A stretch of DNA of 64,000 bases. It comes from Desulfatiglandales bacterium (GTDB lineage Bacteria; Desulfobacterota; DSM-4660; Desulfatiglandales; Desulfatiglandaceae). The stretch covers positions 768,001 through 832,000 of the forward strand of contig OY762721.1 in assembly GCA_963666345.1 (NCBI GenBank), read 5' to 3'. Position numbers and translations under genes: made by a program. The notes below the pieces were generated by a model that saw only the letters and a list, made by a program, of their open reading frames with translations, ran no database searches and was not told the DNA's origin. Shown in pieces: positions 60,769 to 64,000 of this stretch. The first letter of the stretch is position 1. Every line of letters begins with the position of its first letter.

Positions 60769-61359
60769 CTAAAGAAGTCCCTTTGTGGAAGGAACGCTTC
60801 CATCAAGGCGTTTATCAAAGGATGTCGCATGATCAAGTGCCCTTGCAAAGGCCTTAAAGATCGCCTCTGAAATATGGTGCGGCTCATCACCGGCGATCAA
60901 ATCCACATGCATCGTAATACCTGCGTTAACGACCAGGGCGCGAAAAAATTCCTTGACCAGACCGACATCAAAGGATCCGGTGGTAGTTTTTTCCATTTTA
61001 ACCCTATAGGCAAGCACAGGACGGTTCGAGATATCAATCACGACCCTCACGAGAACCTCGTCCATCGGCAGCGTGACCTCTGCATATCTTTTAATGTCTG
61101 TCTTCTGTCTGAGAGCGTCCCTGATAGCCCTGCCGATACAGATTCCCAAATCCTCTACGGTATGGTGGTCATCGATATCAGTGTCACCGCTCGCCTTTAC
61201 CTCCATATCGAAAAAGCCATGAGCGGCGAACAGGCATAACATGTGATCCATAAAAGATATACTCGTTTCGATATCTGAGTTTCCATTCCCATCCAGATTC
61301 AAAAGCACGGATATATCTGTTTCCTTGGTCTTTCTCTCAATTTTTGCTTCACGTATCAT
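60769..61359 (-). CDS. hisB: Imidazoleglycerol-phosphate dehydratase
   Basis: R.T.ET, DHML, DDHHTVED, PMDE, HHI.EA.FKA, PSTKG. Confidence 0.97.
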   Translation of the reverse strand: MIREAKIERKTKETDISVLLNLDGNGNSDIETSISFMDHMLCLFAAHGFFDMEVKASGDTDIDDHHTVEDLGICIGRAIRDALRQKTDIKRYAEVTLPMDEVLVRVVIDISNRPVLAYRVKMEKTTTGSFDVGLVKEFFRALVVNAGITMHVDLIAGDEPHHISEAIFKAFARALDHATSFDKRLDGSVPSTKGLL

Positions 61360-61552
61360 CTTTCAAATTATCCCTTTTGAGCTTAAGGCATGGCCTTACC
61401 CTAACGTTAACAGACTTATGCGGAAATGATTTAAGGATTTTATTTTACAAGGCATTTACCTCTTAAATCCGGAGAGGTTTATGAAATGGGCTTATGCAGG
61501 ACCTCAAACAGAGAGATTTCAGCACAGGTAAAGCGAAGTTATGCAAAAAAAA

Positions 61553-61628
61553 TGGTGGAGATGAGGGGATTCGAACCCCTGACCTGTACGTTGCGAACGT
61601 ACCGCTCTCCCAACTGAGCTACACCCCC
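61553..61628 (-). tRNA. tRNA-Ala(CGC)
   Basis: Cloverleaf, anticodon loop TTCGCAA, G3:U70 pair, CCA end. Confidence 0.95.
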
Positions 61629-61791
61629 ACGACAGCAATAAGAACAGAAAAAAATGCTGGATTCCCTCTGTTTTTAAATAGCACTAACCGGTTATTATAT
61701 ACAATCTCACATTTTTATCAATCAATATTTGACTTTCCCCGGCAAAAATATTTGACTTTTTCCCAAAACATTAATAGAAATATATTTTTGT

Positions 61792-61868
61792 GCCCCCGTA
61801 GCTCAGGTGGATAGAGCACCAGATTCCTAATCTGGGTGCCGCATGTTCGAGTCATGCCGGGGGCACCA
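61792..61868 (+). tRNA. tRNA-Arg(CCT)
   Basis: GCCCCCGTAGCTCAG...CCAGA-TTCCTAA-TCTGG...TTCGAG...GGGGGCACCA. Confidence 0.95.
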
Positions 61869-61877
61869 TGTAAATTC

Positions 61878-61912
61878 AAGGGCTTACAGTCTTTGCTGTA
61901 GGTCCTTTTTTT
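61878..61912 (+). terminator. Intrinsic terminator after tRNA-Arg
   Basis: AAGGGCTTACAG...CTGTAGGTCCTT followed by a T-run. Confidence 0.7.
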
Positions 61913-61993
61913 ATGAAAATTATCTCGACTGTAAAGCTAATCCGGAAATTGATTTAACGGTTTAATCAGCAAAAGAAAGGTTTCTCAAAAGGC

Positions 61994-63319
61994 CTAGACG
62001 TCTTTCAGACGCATGTTTGAAGGTGCCTTTGATAAGATTTCGCCGAATTCATCCAGACATTCTGAAATTTTCTCAAAATCCCTGGTCCTGGCAATCGGAA
62101 TATCATCCACTCCATGATTGGAAAGTCTGTCAAGGACATACTTTATCGTTAAAGAATCGGTGTCCATGGCGGGTTGAAGCCCCATCTCCCTGTCATCCCT
62201 AGTGCTCACCTCCGATATTATTCCCGCCTCCACAAGCTCTGACACGACCTGTCTTGTACAATGGATAGGGATCTCCAGCTCCTTTGATATGCGGGACTCC
62301 GTCCACGGCTCTTTACCGCCTGAAAAGTTCTTGATCAGGAGCTTGACTATACCGAGCGCCATAAGCCTTTTAAATCTTTCGCTTATGCTGCCGCATTCCT
62401 CCTCGAACTCATAGGTCTCCACATTTTGATGCGCAAAGCAGACCTCAGCGCCGAAAAGGACTATGAGCCAGCTGATCTGCAGCCAGAAGAGAAACAAGGG
62501 TATGGCGGCGAAACTGCCGTAGATCGCATTATACTTGGCCACATTGATCTGGAAACTGATGTAGACCCACTGAAATAGCTGAAACATGGTCCCCGCTATT
62601 ACACCAGCCAGGATTCCGGAAGAGAAATGCACTTTCGTATTGGGCATGAAGACATATATAAAACTGAACAGCAACCAGATGACACAATAAGGAAGGGCCT
62701 TCAGAACAAACATGATAACAGGTGCCACAACTCCCAGTAGCGCCACCTTATTAAGGATCAACTCGGCCTGGCTGGTAATCATTACAGTGACCGAACTTGA
62801 CATCACAAAGAGTATGGGACAGATGAGCATGAGGGACAGATAATCGCTTACCTTTCTTCCGATGCTGCGCGGCTTTGTAACACCCCAGATATGATTAAAT
62901 GAATTCTCAATGTTGGACAGGACCTTTATTACCGTCCAGAAAAGGATAACCATCCCCACGCCCGCGATGATCCCTCCCTTGGTATTTTCAAGAAGTGCCT
63001 GAGAAAATTCTATCACCCGGGCCACAATCTCCTCATGGCCTTCAAGCTTCTTCATGAGTTCGGCTTCAAGCGTGTCCTTGAAGCCGAATCCCTTTGCTAT
63101 TCCGAATATCATTCCGGCCACAGGCACAATCGAAAGAAGCGAATAAAAGGTCAAAGCGGATGCCCTGAGCTGCAGTCTGTCCTGTCCGAACCCCTTGAGC
63201 GCTGCCATAAAGATCCGAACGGTTCCAAGCAGGCGATATCGGAAGGGAGGAAGATCACCCTTGCGGATCCTCCACAAATCCTTTTTAAAAAAACTTGAGA
63301 TCTTTGATATTCTATCCAT
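61994..63319 (-). CDS. YihY/BrkB family membrane protein with C-terminal wHTH extension
   Basis: ASALTFYSLLSIVP, IE..FN.IW, MPN.KV, IYGSFAA.P.FL.W. Start ATG 63319. Confidence 0.9.
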   Translation of the reverse strand: MDRISKISSFFKKDLWRIRKGDLPPFRYRLLGTVRIFMAALKGFGQDRLQLRASALTFYSLLSIVPVAGMIFGIAKGFGFKDTLEAELMKKLEGHEEIVARVIEFSQALLENTKGGIIAGVGMVILFWTVIKVLSNIENSFNHIWGVTKPRSIGRKVSDYLSLMLICPILFVMSSSVTVMITSQAELILNKVALLGVVAPVIMFVLKALPYCVIWLLFSFIYVFMPNTKVHFSSGILAGVIAGTMFQLFQWVYISFQINVAKYNAIYGSFAAIPLFLFWLQISWLIVLFGAEVCFAHQNVETYEFEEECGSISERFKRLMALGIVKLLIKNFSGGKEPWTESRISKELEIPIHCTRQVVSELVEAGIISEVSTRDDREMGLQPAMDTDSLTIKYVLDRLSNHGVDDIPIARTRDFEKISECLDEFGEILSKAPSNMRLKDV

Positions 63320-63590
63320 GATCAACCTCTGAGAATTATGACCTTTTAAAAATAAGATTATAGAAATATAGCCGTCACAGGCATATATGGTCAAGTCCGT
63401 AAAATCAATCGCCAAAAATAAACATCTGAAACATCATAGTATGAGATTAGACCGCTATTTATGATTAATACCCCTTTTTTTACTCAAAAACTTAATTTTA
63501 TTGCCTCCCTCCCTTGATTAGCGGGGAAAAATAAATTACCTTAGTGCGCGATATTTGCATCAATAAATCTCACTCATGGGGGATAAATTA

Positions 63591-64000
63591 ATGGCGGAAA
63601 AAGATCTTTTGGACGGAAAACGGATTCTCCTGGTAGACGATGAACCTGACGTGCTGGATACACTTGAGGAACTCCTGTCCATGTGTGACCTGGAAAGGGC
63701 ATCCAATTTTGAAGAGGCAAAGGGACTTATGGAAAAAGGCCATTTTGATATGGCCATATTGGATATAATGGGGGTAAACGGCTATAAACTCCTTGAGATA
63801 GCCAATGAGAAGGGAATCTCTGCCGTAATGCTGACCGCCCATGCCCTGAGCCCTGACAACATAGTGAAATCCTTTAAAGAAGGGGCCGCCTCTTACGTGC
63901 CTAAAGATGAAATGGTCAATATAACGACCTTTCTACATGATATCCTGGAGGCAAAACAAAAGGGAAAAAGCTCATGGTGGCGATGGTATGACAGGCTCTC
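63591..64000 (+). CDS. Response regulator receiver protein (runs off the window)
   Basis: Translated by hand: MAEKDLLDGKRILLVDDEPD...AILDIMG...VMLTAHA...YVPK. Confidence 0.9.
   Translation, partial: MAEKDLLDGKRILLVDDEPDVLDTLEELLSMCDLERASNFEEAKGLMEKGHFDMAILDIMGVNGYKLLEIANEKGISAVMLTAHALSPDNIVKSFKEGAASYVPKDEMVNITTFLHDILEAKQKGKSSWWRWYDRL

Noticed and set aside
61792..61990. Integrative element at tRNA-Arg
   Set aside because: No integrase and no duplicated tRNA 3' end were seen; only a terminator follows.

Overview
A 64 kb chromosomal window from an anaerobic Desulfobacterota (deltaproteobacterial) organism. This is inferred from the Hdr, Kor and AOR content, sigma-54 regulation and gene order. 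The first 17 kb hold a TAXI binding protein, an ADP-forming acyl-CoA ligase, an enoyl-CoA hydratase, a KorDABC-type oxidoreductase, glk, a nitroreductase, mscS, a poly-gamma-glutamate hydrolase homolog, a stand-alone GMP synthase subunit and several eroded pseudogenes. The region 17-37 kb looks like a C3-organosulfonate catabolic island. It encodes a LacI regulator, an HpsKLM-like TRAP transporter, an aldehyde:ferredoxin oxidoreductase (AOR), a YihU/DhpA-like dehydrogenase, SuyAB sulfolactate sulfo-lyase, a FadR-controlled sulfatase-like enzyme with Thr at the catalytic Cys/Ser position, a LarA-family racemase with a TTT transporter, a GAF sigma-54 activator and MoaD/MoeB. suyAB and larA-tctCAB share a near-identical enhancer layout (paired GCCYRWTAWTRGGC boxes about 75 bp upstream of a -24/-12 promoter). 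This points to a possibly undescribed DHPS/sulfolactate route with a ferredoxin-linked aldehyde oxidation and a nickel-pincer sulfolactate racemase; the substrate assignments are inference. The region 37.8-45 kb encodes a membrane-anchored HdrC(+heme)/HdrB/selenocysteine-HdrA module and apbE. The rest is housekeeping: hflX (probable ATC start), dnaB, rplI, rpsR, rpsF, rnpB, rpoD, dnaG, hisA, hisB and three tRNAs. No CRISPR array, intact transposase or prophage was seen.
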